Program-made: the position numbers and the translations under genes
The notes under the pieces: generated by a model
Seen by the model: the letters and a program-made list of their open reading frames with translations, nothing else
The model's database searches: none
What the model was told of the DNA's origin: nothing
In this document: positions 50,616-63,376 of the stretch, one piece after another
Position numbering within the stretch: position 1 is the stretch's first letter
Layout of the letters: each line of letters opens with the position of its first letter
Source: Paragordius varius
Lineage: Eukaryota > Animalia > Nematomorpha
Length of the DNA: 64,000 bases
Assembly: GCA_964247055.1 (NCBI GenBank)
Contig: OZ176052.1
Span: 5,580,001 to 5,644,000 of the forward strand
Direction of reading: 5' to 3'

Positions 50616-51037
50616 AAACCCATATCAATAAATCGACCCAAACTGAACTCATAGTAGATTTCGGAGAAAAAAATGTCTGGCAAAGTAATTTTTCATCCGC
50701 AAACAAATTTAATCCCAAATTATCGAATAGCAAGGATTTAAATAAAGTTAATCATAAAAGATGTCCTAACTTGGATATTAAATACGATAATAAATACAAA
50801 GATGATAATGATCTAAACGAATCTGTAACTGAATCGAAATCGGTAAAAAAACAATTTTCCTTTACATTACCAAGCAAAATATGTATACGACCTCATCCTA
50901 CGCCAAAATCCTCTAATGTGACCACAAGCAGTGGAGGAAGCGAATGTACACAATTTAGCTTTTCCCCATCATTGAAAGGAACATCGAAATTTAAGGGGTT
51001 TTTTACCTCGCGGTCTTTGAGCAGGACAAAGGAATAA
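50616..51037 (+). CDS. RASGRP: Candidate alternative terminal exon of RasGRP
   Basis: Open frame from 50615 to the stop at 51037: (E)THINKSTQTELIVDFGEKNVWQ…FFTSRSLSRTKE*. Phase-1 acceptors at 50614-15 and 50653-54 match the phase-1 donor at 47372. It carries the same KSTQT motif as the proximal last exon. Confidence 0.55.
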
Positions 51038-51599
51038 ATTATTGATTTATCTATTTTAATTTATAATTTATGATATGTTGCATTTAAATGATTCTTCTCA
51101 AACTTGATGTTAATGTGAACATTTTCTTAATACGTATAAATCAATAATCTTATATACAATATTTCATTGATCAGGTTCAAATTTGGTGATTCAGTGTTTC
51201 CTGCCAAGATAAAGCTTGCTTTTTCATAAAAAAAGATTGAATAACCATTGAATAATAGCGCCAATCTATATTTTAATATAATTCTTTTTTATGCTTATGT
51301 GACCAGATAAGACCCGCAGTACAAAATTTGTCCCTGATGAGAAGAATTAAATTTATTATAACGTGTAATAGCAAAAAAAGAATTAATAATATGTTATGTG
51401 TGGTATGTCGCCCCAAAATCAAAAGATTAAAATTTGATTATACAGAAAAAAATAAATAAACTGAAGATAAATCAAAATTTTAGAGAATAAAATAATTCCC
51501 ACCTAATGTAAAATATGTTAATTTTTTACCACGAAAAAAAGTTTTATCGAAATTTTATGCCATACACAGTGACAAAAAATATTGAAATATATTAATTCT

Positions 51600-53541
51600 T
51601 ATAGGAAAAGCATCCGGTTTATCATGGTTAACAATAGCTTCGCCCTTTTTTTGAATTAGGCCCCCAATTCGGGTCCACCCCGTGTAAAAACGGTTTTTTA
51701 AAACACAAGTCCACAAAAATCATGTCTTTGAGATAATTTTCCGGAAAACGTGTTGAACCATTCGATTTTAAATATGATTTTTTTATTTATTTTCGATTGC
51801 CCTGAACATAGTCGGCTCGCTTTAAGGCCCTCTTTTTACCCGCTCCCCCCGTAAAATGCCATTTTTTCAAAAAAATAAAGTCCACAAAAAAATTTTTTTT
51901 TGAATGTCGCCCAAGGTATGAGACCGTAAAAATTCAATAAGGATTCCAGGTATTCCCTGTTAAAAGGCAAAAACTTTAGTCGTCCGTTTCTTTTATACTG
52001 GCTGCCGGGTAAGGAGCTACCCGCTAAAAACCGATTCGTCATATCGAAATAGCGTGTGGGACTAAATTTCAGAAAGCCTATCAGGCCATATGAGTTCAAT
52101 CCGTCCTTAAAATATTACCTGTAATAAGGCAAAAAATTTGGTCGTGCGGCTTTTTTAAATTAGCCGTTAGTTAGGCCATTTACGCCCTGAAAAATGCGCT
52201 ACCATATAATAATTTGTAGTTTTGAGGCAGTATTTCCAAAAACTAATGAGAGCATATGGAATCAATCATGATTCCGGGTATTCTCAGTAAATAGGCAAAA
52301 ATTTTAATCAAGCGCTTTTTTGTATCAGTCTCTGGGTAGGGAGCTACCCTCCTAAAACTCCACCATATCGAAATTGCGTCTTAGGAGTACCAAAGTTTAA
52401 TATGGGCCTGAAATAATACCCGTAAAAAGGCAAAAAATTAATTCGGGCGGATTTTTTAAGTTTTTCCTTAATTAGGCCCTTGCCGTGAAAAATGCGTCAT
52501 CATAGACTGACTTTTTGGTTTTGAGGCAACTTTTCGAAAATCCCACGAGAGCATATGGAATTAATCATAATTCCTGGAATTACCCGAAGTAAGGCCAAAA
52601 TTTTAATCAAGCTTTTTTGTTTTGTCTCTGGTTACGCGGCTACCCGCCTAAAACTGCGTCACCTAAAGATACATGCCAGAGCCAAATTTCAGAAAACCTA
52701 TGAGACTATGTGAGTTCAATAAGGGGCTAATTATTGTCCCTTAAAAAATATTTAGTATAGGGGGTTATTTCAATGAGTCGCTAGGTAAATTTTAGCCCTG
52801 AAAAATGGGCCGCCATAAAACAATTTTTTAGCTTTGAAGCAATATTTCCAAGAACTTATATAAAAATATGGAATCAATGATGATTCCAGATATTCCCCAT
52901 ATAAAGGCAAAAATTTTGCCCGACGCTTTTTTTTATACCTGACTCTGGGTAAGGAGCTATCCGCCAATAACTGTGCCACTATGTAGAAATTGCGTTGTTT
53001 TGGAGCTAACTTACAGAAAATTTATGAAGCCATATGAGCTCATTAAAAGCTTGCCGTAACTAGGTAAAAATTAAAGTAGGCGTTTTTTTATTAGCCGTTA
53101 GGTATCAAAGATAATTCCAAATATTTACCCTATAAAGGAAATAACTGAGCGCTTTTTCCATATAGGTCTATGGGTAGGGTACCGGTTTCAAACTGAGACG
53201 CCCTACAAAAATGACGTGGTTTTGGAGCTAATTTTCAAAAAAACTCAAGAAGCTATACGAGTTTAATAAAGACTTTACCCATAAATAGTAAAAATTATAG
53301 TATAGCCGTTTTTTCCGTTAGTCGTCAATTTGGGGCCTTTACACCAGTAAACAATATATTAGTAAGAATGCACAGTTTTGAAAATCCTATGAGATGATAA
53401 CTATTAAAAAATGTTTCGAAATAATCCACATATATGGATCACACTTTGGTTTTTCTTTTTTCAAATAGCGCCCCCTTCTCAACCCACCAGGAAGTCCGAA
53501 GGGCTTCCTCGGGCTGCGTAGCACCACGAGATTTACGCTAG
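51600..53541 (+). mobile_element. Non-autonomous Helitron-like element carrying about 5 degenerate ~310-bp tandem units
   Basis: The 3' end has a GC-rich hairpin CTCGGGCTGC-GTA-GCACCACGAG, then 7 nt, then CTAG|T (53538-53542). Internal units recur as (G/A)ATTCC..(A/G)TATT…AGGCAAAA at about 51940, 52270, 52570, 52880 and 53110, and GGGTA(A/G)GGAGCTA at about 52005, 52335 and 52945. The 5' end is not fixed. Confidence 0.6.
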
Positions 53542-53574
53542 TATTTTTTAAATTTTGATCTTTAGATCTCTTAT

Positions 53575-54360
53575 AAAAGCAAAAATGCCGAGATTGCTCA
53601 ATTAAATTTACACAGCAAAAAAGGTTTTTTTCCGAAAAATGGACATTTTGATAAGAAATTTAATTTGCAGCAAATTTTGAAGCACGGTGGAACTTATTGT
53701 AAATAAACTTCTTCTATAAAATTTGATGATGCTAAATACTATCGCCTGAAAATTTTGATTAATATTCGTTTGTTTAAAAAATCTTTGTTAATTAATTTGC
53801 AAAATTTTATTCATATTTCAAAGACGAGCCTTTAAAAATTCTGAGGTGAAAATAAGTATCATCGAAGTATATAGAAAAAGTGATTTCATAATATCTTAAA
53901 GCCTTTTATACCGTTTCTCTCATGCCGCAAATTGGTATGAGCTACATTCCAACAAAATTTTGACAAATTTTAATCTTTACAATATTTTTTCAGAAGAACT
54001 TTTTTTGATGTCAAAGCATAGATTTAAAATTTTATTCCGCAACCTCGGCATTTTTCGGTTAATTTTACGAAGTGTAGCCGATTTTTAAAGGGAAATTGGG
54101 ACTTTTGGATCCCCTATCAAAAAAATAAAATTATATAAAAATGTTGTTTTGTTTATATGTTGTATAATATATTTTAGTTTTTTTTGGAATGGAGTATTTA
54201 GCTTTTACCAAAAAAATTTATTTAATTAACAAAACATGCGAATTTTATCATTATCTTACACGGTATACAAAAGTGAAAATAATTTTTATAAATCCCTCGT
54301 AAAGAGCAAAAGCACTATGATAATCCTGATACTTTTCCTATCAAAATATCTATTTCATGA
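53575..54360. mobile_element. Partial palindromic foldback family copy
   Basis: AAAAATGCCGAG and CTCGGCATTTTT mirror pair; the family core CATCGAAGTATATAGAAAAAGTGATTTCATAATATCTTAAAGCC; the terminal AAAAGCACTATGATAATCCTGAT. Confidence 0.6.
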
Positions 54361-54989
54361 ACATATTTGATTTTGGACGAAGTGATATATAATAAATTTT
54401 AAAAATACGTTACGGAATAACAATTCTGTATATAGACTTCCATTTGATAATTATGATTGAAGTAAATTTCAAATCTTAAATTAATTACCTAAATGAAACA
54501 AAAATTGAACCTTTAAAATTTGATCAAATTTTTACTAAAATATTAATTTATTTTGTCATTTTTGGCCAATTACTTAAGTGAAGAAAATGACTTTCAAAAC
54601 TTGATTATTCTTAAAATATCATAAATTTATTTTGTGTATCATTAACCTATATATTGCGATGGAGTTGAGATTTCCAATTCGCAAATGGCTTCATTTATCA
54701 GCGGTTACGTGTAAAACCCAATTCCTTCAATACGAGGAAAATAAAATATTAACCAATTAAAATAGGCCGTGCCTTAAAACCTTTTTTTACTAATTAGAGT
54801 TATTTTAACAGGGGGTACTCTCTATTTAATTAAACAATATATTTTTATATATAAATTATAATAAATATATTTATATACATACTTATATATTTTAAATTTT
54901 TTTTTTTAAATTTCAACAAGCAGCACAAAAGTGGGCGCAGTACAGGCTCAGTTTTTTTCGATAACCCAGTGTTGTATTGAAAACAGCCT

Positions 54990-55003
54990 ATCTGGTCACC
55001 TTA
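54990..55003. mobile_element. Solo TIR identical to the ends of the 27553-31865 hAT element
   Basis: ATCTGGTCACCTTA; no partner TIR was found nearby by eye. Confidence 0.45.
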
Positions 55004-57335
55004 TTTTTTGTATATCTAAACATATACTAAAAGGGGGGAAAATAATGATAAAACTAATAAAATATCTATAAATGCAAGGAAATTTTCATTTAAGTGTATT
55101 GCAGGGATTTAAACTGGTCAAGTAGAATCGGAATCCAGTTCTTGATAAACAGGACTGGTTTGGTTTCAAAAGTTATTGAGCCACTCTGTTTTTATTTCGA
55201 ACTCCTAGGAACTGTTTGGTTTCGGTTACAACCGTTCAAGCCTGATTCCAGCTCAATCTCCAAAATAAGTAGTTCCCATATGTGTTTATCTTTAAAAAAT
55301 AAAAAAATTTTGTTAAATTAATTATTAAATTTGATTGTGTAATATTTTTTTAGCCAAATGGAATGGCCATCATATTAAAATTTGTTGTTTAATAAATATT
55401 TTTAAAATCTGCTGATTTCATTTCCTATCCCATAATGTACCAGGTTTAACTTTTTATATTTACACTTTAAGAGAACCAAAGACATAATTATTTATGTGTT
55501 TTTATCTATAGATTATGAATTTACATTATCAAGCAAATAAACTTCTGGTAAAAAATCAAAAAACTATATTGGATTTTTATAGCTTAGAAAAAAATTACTA
55601 TAATTATCAGATTAAGCCTTTTATTCTAATTTTAAATTTTAAGTCTACTTAAATAATTTTACAATCCCTAAATATTAACAAAACAATAAACTATAGCGTT
55701 TATAATTAATTTCCCATAACGAAAAAAATAAGCATTATATATTAGTTGAAGTCCCCAATTCTTTTGCTTACATTATATGTATTAAAATTTTATCATGAGA
55801 GGATTACATCAGCGGTACATATTATAGTTTCGTGCTAATATGATAAAAGAATACATGGTGATATTCGATTTAAGTTATTAGAATAAAAATGTTATATGTA
55901 AACTTACGATGGACAGTCAAGAACCGAAATGGACCGACTCCTAAATAACCGGTTCTAAAATCGTCAAAACTATTACAGAAACTAACCCGGCAACGGTTCC
56001 ATTTGCTCAGGAATCACCCTGGTCCCGGTTCAAAATTTTAGAAACCATTCTGCATTTTAAATTCTTAGAATCCACTCAAACATCCAGTTTTGTGCTACGC
56101 CTTTTTCGATCCGGTGTAAAACATCTGTACATTAGAAACGCTGTTTGTTAAAAAGTGGGGTATAAAATATTTTTATACTAAGGTAAAAGTAGAATTCTAA
56201 ATAATATAAATAAAAATCATGTTGATAATATCAATGCAAATACCATAAATACGAAAAATATTCATTTTAAATGGGTTTCTTTTTTATTTCTGCTATGTAT
56301 TAACTATTTCTAAGCAGTGACATTTTTTATTATTTTACCATAAAACCTAAGTAGATTTAATAGCAAAAACGGCAAAACAACCAAAATTTTATACCTGTTT
56401 TTCAATATATAGATCATCGAATATATAAAACAGAGAGTTCAAAACAAATAATAATCATAACCAATATTAGTTACACTGTCATATGCTCTTTATAGTACTC
56501 GTAAACGTTTGTGAAACAGTCTGAGATTTTTACAGTGATGTTATAGGTAAAAATGATAACAATAGCATAAATAATTAAACGATATCTTCTTCAACAATAA
56601 AATAAATTTAGCTCTATTCTCTTTCATAAAAACTTTTCAAGCTTTTTCATATCTTGATTTCCTTCTAAATCTAAACAAAGGTTTTGGTATTGTATCCATA
56701 CTTTATTGAGTATTTGCTCAAATTGTAATGATTTATGTCAATACTTTGGGCATGCTTTGAAATTAAAAACAAATGTTTTAATTTATTTAAAACACTAACT
56801 ACCTTTTAAATTAGTGTTTTAATCATATCAAGACAAATATAAAAAACAACCAAATTATAAATTATTTTACGATATGAATATTAACCGCTCCCTAAATTAG
56901 CTAATTAGTTATAATTGTAAAACATTAGGAAGATTTTATGCGATCAATAAATGACACATTAAAATATGATTACTCAAAATTCATTTCATTTTTTGTAATT
57001 AATGTTAAAAAGCATGTATCACCATTATATTACTGTATCATTTGATTTTTTTATCAATAAATCAAATTATCAAAAAATATATATTGTGAGAAAAAACCCT
57101 GAAGGGTATCACCTAATTACAATTATTTTGGTATTTAACTGTGTAATTGCATCCAAATTGGATCCAAATGTGATTCACACCGTAACAAGTATGATAGATA
57201 ATAAGGTGAAAAATATTTAAATTTAAATTGGATTAAACTATAAACCCTTGAGCGTTGTATCATCCTACATATACATTTTTGATAACATTTATCAAAATAT
57301 AATTATTATTTATTAATTTAAATTTTATAATTTGG

Positions 57336-59243
57336 ATGTTTTTGATTGTAAGAATTCCAAATATGTTCCTTGTCCTTCTAGCACTCATAATTGTGAGTGC
57401 AACATCGGTAAATGGTCAAGCTAACCGACGCGCCCCGATAAAAGAGATCGGCACGCTAAACTTTGAAGATGTTAAAAATACTTCGGCTCCTGAGCGATCA
57501 GCTGCTTTTAGAAGTTATGGGGGCGGTTGGGGTGGAGGAGGGGGAGGCGGATGGTCTTGCCAAGGTTTCGAATTCGGAAGTGGTTTTAAGTAAGTGACGG
57601 TTTTTGTAATAACACTATTTTAAAGTCGTCGCATAGGTATAAAAATTTATTTGGATTAATTAATATGAATTTATTGACATGTTTTTTTTTCGTTACTAAA
57701 CATAGTTTCCCAGATGTTGAAGAATTTTCAAGGTCTCGATTCAATTTCGATAGCAGTTGTCACGAGTAAGATTTAATTAATTTATTTATTGTATCAGTAC
57801 CAAATTAAATTAATACTCGACATTATAAAAATTATGTTAACAAAAAATTTGAATAATTTTTATTATTTTAGAGACTATTTTACAAAATTTTGTTCTCATG
57901 ATTTTACTAAAAAACAAAAATAAATAATTAAAATGTTGGCTAGGGGTATATATATAATTGAATTAATAATTCCATGCTCTATCATTAATTCTAGAGATTA
58001 AAAGTTTGTCACGAAATATTTTATTGTTAATAGGAGAACATGCGAAAGATCTCGAAGAATAATGAGATGTTTTTATCATCCAAACCACGGAACTCTGTTT
58101 GTTGCTAATCATCTTATGCCTGATCCGCTTATTATTCCCGTTTGTAGGTAATATTTTTTAAAAATACCCCCAAATATTCATAGTTTAAATAGTTGCATGG
58201 AGTCAAACTAAGTTATTATAAAGTAATATCTATTTTCCGTGTTAATCTATCTCATCTACTCAAATTGGGATTATTAAATTGATGCACTTTTTCAATTTAT
58301 AAATAGGGTACCGAGTTATTAACATACCTTAAAAGGTTGCCCAAAAACTAATATGGTTAATTTTACTAACAATAAATAATTTATATAATGGTCATGATGT
58401 GGGTGTTAAACCATTTAAACCCATATTCAAGGTCCTTATATAAGGGCATCAAATGAAATCTGTTAAATATAAATGATAAAGAACTTATTTTGACGCTTTT
58501 AAAACTATATTAAATTGACCATATATGTTGAAACTTTATATGTTCGGTTTCTTAAAATTTAACAATAACTGGTTTCTTTAATATGTCTTTTGTTGCCCCA
58601 AACAATCATACATTTTTATGCTATATAATTTGGTTTTCCTCAATTTTATTTAGGCGCAGAAATTTTTGTTGTAGCAGAAGAAATGGGGCTCCCGGTAGTT
58701 GCCGACGACGTTCTTGTCTTCGTCCCATACTTGTGTACAGCCCTCGTGATGGAAACTATTTGTTCTGCAATATAAAAATTCCAGTGTGCAAATGTGGTGT
58801 AAGTTGTCTCACAGATATTAATTCATACAGTTATGGTGTATGTTAATTTGAAACTTAACATATACATAAAAGCGCATTTGATATGAGAGTTTTTCTGATA
58901 AATTTGCAAAATAATGTAAACGTTTCCACCTCTAATCCTATATAAATCAAATTTTTTAGTACTTTGTCACTATTACCAATCCTAATATGCACTCGTTTTT
59001 TAGAAGCCGAATGACTTTTGTCGAAATCCTCGGAGAGGAGGAGATGATTGCAATGGTGGACCGTGTTGGAACGTTTATGATCGACCTGGCCGGGGCCGAG
59101 GCGATGATTGGGGTGGCGGAAGACGTGTGGACGATTTAAGTGTATCCGCAAGTCGTTTTGATGACAATGATGGACCGGCCAATTTCAACGATAACGATGA
59201 CGACGATGATGCCGGCATTACTGTGATAGGAAGGAGTGGATAA
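57336..59243 (+). CDS. Secreted cysteine-rich protein, probably Spaetzle/neurotrophin-like cystine knot; 5 exons: 57336(or 57363)-57589, 57706-57765, 58034-58147, 58654-58798, 59004-59243
   Basis: The gene model is phase-consistent with canonical GT-AG sites. It has a signal-peptide-like N-terminus (MFLVLLALIIVSATSVNG), a Gly-rich segment, a basic RSR site, then TCERS…LFVANH…LIIPVC…CC…GSCRRRSCLRPILVYSP…KIPVCKC, and an acidic tail. The gene itself is well supported; the family assignment is an inference. Confidence 0.7.
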
Positions 59244-60124
59244 ATTGAAAATATCATTTTAAACACATATTTAATTAGCATAGCTCTTATATTCATCATG
59301 TATAATCGACCTTGCATAATTTAAATAAAGGCATATCTAACATTTTTGCATTGTGAGACGGATAGAGTATTCGAAGCATACACCAATAATAGACTATCAC
59401 CATAACTGTAAAAGAGTAACCAAACAAACTCAAATTAATAGTGTGAATGTTGAATGTATCGCTTTTTCATATGCTCGACAATAAGATCGGATTGAAACAT
59501 TATACCTTTGTTTTAAATAGGTAAAAATTTGTACACTTAAAAACAAACATGATACTTAATTCATCATCATTAATTACTTTTGACTTAAAACATCATGGAT
59601 ATATAAAATCAAAAATTTGTCTGACTAATCAATTTTTCTTCTGTTCGTATTACAGATAATTTAGTGTCTTACATGGCCTTGTGTAAAGGTTTAGCAATTG
59701 TAAACAATACTTTCTTTCCTAGCGTGGAGAATCACATACTACATCCAGAGTATATTTAGGTCTATAAGCCATTATAAAAATTTATATCAACAATAAATAA
59801 TCATGGGTCAAAAATAGCGTGAATATTTAGTGTAGACATAAGTTTAACCGTTTTTATAATTAAACAGAAAGATATCAATTAATTTTTAAAATGTTGCGTT
59901 TGCTTTTACACCTTTCGCACAGCCCTCAAAAAATAAAATAATGCCATGCCAGAAAAACCGATGGCCTTTTGAAAACCATTCGTCAAGCCATTTTTCAGCG
60001 TTTTAGAAATTGAATCGCACTGCGAGAGTGTGCCCCATAGATGCGAAAAGAGAGTTAGGAGGCGGGTCCGTGGTTACAACGGACGGTTGAATTAATTATC
60101 GAAATGATTTAGGCGTTTTTCTCG

Positions 60125-60790
60125 GGTATTGCTATTGTAACACCGGAGAATTGTGATGTAGCAAAACTATTTTGCCATGTTTTCTGGTTAATTTCGAACG
60201 TTTTCCGATTAATAGATGGTTTAAATTAATCATTTGTCGGTGATAGGGTTGTATATTAACGGTTTCCCTGAGCTTCGAAAGTTCGTAATGCTCAATAACG
60301 TGGTCCCACCAGACACTGGGCATGATCTTGTTGCTGAAGCCATTTGACCATTTATGAACGATTAGGCAAGGTGAAAGCCAAGATTTTTTCGCTTGGAAAT
60401 CATGAATAAGCATCACCATTAACAAAATAGATTTTAATTGGTGACGTTGTTGCAGGATTTCAATTGGTCGCAGATGTCTACTGGATATTTTTGTGATACA
60501 TATAATGCTCATACGATTTCCGTTGAGTTTATGGGTTTTATCCAATAACTCTTAAACTTTATCGACTTCGCAGCTGTTTGGTCTACCAAAGCGCTCAATA
60601 TCTCTCACGTGTTTTTTCAAGGAATACGAAAAGTATAATCCGCGAATGTTCGTTTTCAGGCATAAAATCTAACATTACTAAATGATGACAAGACGGTACT
60701 TTTTGACCAACTCAACTTGTGTATGTTAATTGTCTACGGTAAAGGGGGAAGGGTTTCTCTTACTCCAAATAAGTTATGATTACACCTGCT
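60125..60790 (-). pseudogene. Decayed mariner transposase fragment
   Basis: The minus strand reads …ERFGRP… and …VWWDHVIEHYELSKLRETVNIQPYHRQMINLNHLLIGKRSKLTRKHGKIVLLHHNSP, matching the mariner pattern VWWD-GVIYYELL-GETVN-RY-QQL-L-AL-KRP-VILLHDNA. A possible TIR remnant CAGGTGTA lies near 60781-60788. Confidence 0.8.
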
Positions 60791-62399
60791 ATTTATATTA
60801 ACTAAAAATATTATATATACGTTTCTTCGTTAAAAATGTAGATCATAGATTATGTTCAGAAAAATATTGGTTCTAACTTCTAACTATAATTATAAACTTT
60901 TTATATATTTTTTCATTTTTTTGATACATTGAAAATAGTTTTTAACATTTTATGACCTTTTGGGTAGATTTATGCCCCAGCCCATTTGACTTTTAATATC
61001 TTTAAAATATTTAGGCATTGGCCGAATAGGGAAATAGCTTAGTTTTTTAGGGACATAATACAAAAAAATATTTTAATTAAAGTAAAATTGCACGAAAATC
61101 CTTACCTCAAACTTTTCACAGTCATTTTTTCAAATTTTTTATGCGAATACAACAGCCAAATAAATATATACAATGGTTAGTAAATTTAAAAAATAACGTT
61201 GGAAAGCTTACAAAAATTCTCCAGAAATTTTTTCATATTTATTGATGTTAAAGGCTGTTGACTTCAATGGTGTGTTGGAGCAATCTGAATTTCGGGCTGT
61301 AGAAGTTAAAAATGTAAAAATACTAAAATTTTTATCTAATACAGGAGAGGACGGTATATTTAAATTTAAACCAAAGCAACAGTTAAAACTTTAGTACTTT
61401 AAGCTCTGAGGTAAAATACCACACATGACATCGCGGACACAAAAAATGAAAGTGTATTAAAAATAGTAAATATTTATATATAAAATTATTAAAAAAATAT
61501 GTATTTTTTCTAGAATTGTAAACTTGTTTATCAATTTTTCTTTTTTTTTGAAAAAGGGGTCTCATGACACTACTGGTATCGAATCAAGCGCATCAATATA
61601 GTTGGGCACCATTAATCAAACAAAAAGCACACAATTTAATTATTTAAATTAGCCACAAAAACAGTATTTATGGGTGCTGTTAGACTGTTATTTAATTAAT
61701 ACAATAAAATATATGTTTTAATGTTCGCTATCATATAATAATGTATAGGCTTAAAACCACGAGACCCCAAAAAGTTTGTTATATACATACATGATAATAA
61801 TATATTCATATTTATTCTATATGCAAATAAATACCAATAGTAGTTATAAAAAAAATTGTGAAATATAAAGCCCATATATTCATGAGATTAGAAATCAATA
61901 TAACATTAAACAATTTGTGTATGTAGAAACATGCAGATGCATAAAAGTTCCTGGTCAAGTACAAGAAGATAGGAAAAATTAAACTGTGTTTAGTAAAATT
62001 ATGAAAATAATGATATCTCATGAGAATACTTTGATTGTCGCTAAAATAAATTTATTCATATATACGAAAATGGGAGAAAATAAAAAATTTTGATATTATT
62101 CAATTTTGGAATTTGGTGTTTTCATACACAAAAATATTTATAGTCAATAAATGTTTTGATAAATTGTTAATAAATATAAATTAATTGTCTATAAATAATA
62201 TTTTCTAAACAAATATTAAATATATATACATACATACACATATCTATTTATATATATTATAAATAAACTCGCCCTTTAAAATGCAGATAAAAGTTGAGTA
62301 TACATGAAATGATATATTAAAATGACCTTGAGTGACCGTATATTGATTGGATTTCACAAATTTAACAAGTGTGAGATTTGGGCAGATGAAAAGCTTATA

Positions 62400-63376
62400 C
62401 TATGGGCCTGAGTTTTCAGAATTATTCGAATTTGGCGTGGTGGATGTAGGAAAAGAGTCAATTGTCTGCTTTCTGTTTTTATTATCCTTTTTTGAGAATT
62501 TACGAGTTAAAGCCGGTGATTTTCGGGCTTCAAAACTACTTTTGCGAGATGAAGTACCAGATGTACAGGCAATTCCATTTTTATCCATATTGTTATTATA
62601 ATTATGGTGACCATTAACTAGTCCATTACAAGTAGTGTTAGATTGGTGAGTCGAATTAGGGGGTGATGGTGTATGTAAATGTTCTGCATTTGTGCCATGT
62701 TTAAGGGCCTCTTCAAGAGCCACGGGAGTAAGCCAATCTGGAGGCAAACTTTTTTCTAGGAAGGGTATACATGAACTAACATAGGCTAAGCGATTAACCC
62801 AATTTGGGATAGATTTGCCACAAAGTATCTAAATAAATATATATGCATATATAATATGTGTATGAAAAATATTCATGGATATAGCATTGAAAATATAGTA
62901 ACCTCTGCAAATGCGTTTGAGAAATGGTTACAATTTTTGTTGATTAAATGATATTTGTCGCCAGTATATTCTTTACCCATCATTTCTATAATGCTATCCA
63001 CATCTTCTGCAGTAAAATCAGTGGAGCCAATAAATATAGATTCCCTTTATTTTTAAAAATGGCAAACTTGAATTTAAAATGCTGTCCTAATTCGTGAATA
63101 TCTTTGGGATGTATGGCAAAAATACCTGAAATAGGAAAAGGATGTCCACCATATGCATATTCTTATTTTATTAAAAAATGTTACCAGAATCATGAACCTC
63201 TACACCGGTATGATAGACTCCGAATCCCATATTGTCTGTATAATCATTTATCCAAAACTAATTATTGAACAATAAATTACCATGTCATAAACATTTAAGT
63301 AAACCGGATAGCCAAACGGATTTTCTGTTTTCGGCGCAAGGCAAGGTAATTTTTTTATATTTAACCATGAAAACAT
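62400..63376 (-). CDS. DESI2: DeSUMOylating isopeptidase 2 (PPPDE peptidase family); exons 63376-63281, 63257-63185, 63161-63068, 63044-62903, 62828-62400
   Basis: The spliced product reads MFSW…PVYLNVYDM|[24 protein letters not shown]|[15 protein letters not shown]…HFKFK|[10 protein letters not shown]…[17 protein letters not shown]|[35 protein letters not shown]…, with the catalytic His (YHTG) and Cys (NCNHF) motifs. It requires three 23-nt introns and one 74-nt intron. Confidence 0.93.

Noticed and set aside
51330-51366. CCCTGATGAG…ATAACGT resembling a hammerhead ribozyme core; CCTGATGA also occurs at foldback-family ends
   Set aside because: GAAA is absent and stem II is mismatched; at best a decayed relic and not supportable.
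56450-56800. Possible second Penelope 3' remnant on the minus strand
   Set aside because: Only a weak SKHA…H-like motif with several stops.
58855-59317. Minus-strand ORFs 58855-59151 and 59075-59317
   Set aside because: The + strand frame 59004-59243 has a proper acceptor, the right phase and a stop as the last exon of the cystine-knot gene.
62347-62601. Plus-strand 84-aa ORF
   Set aside because: Antisense to the DESI2 last exon.
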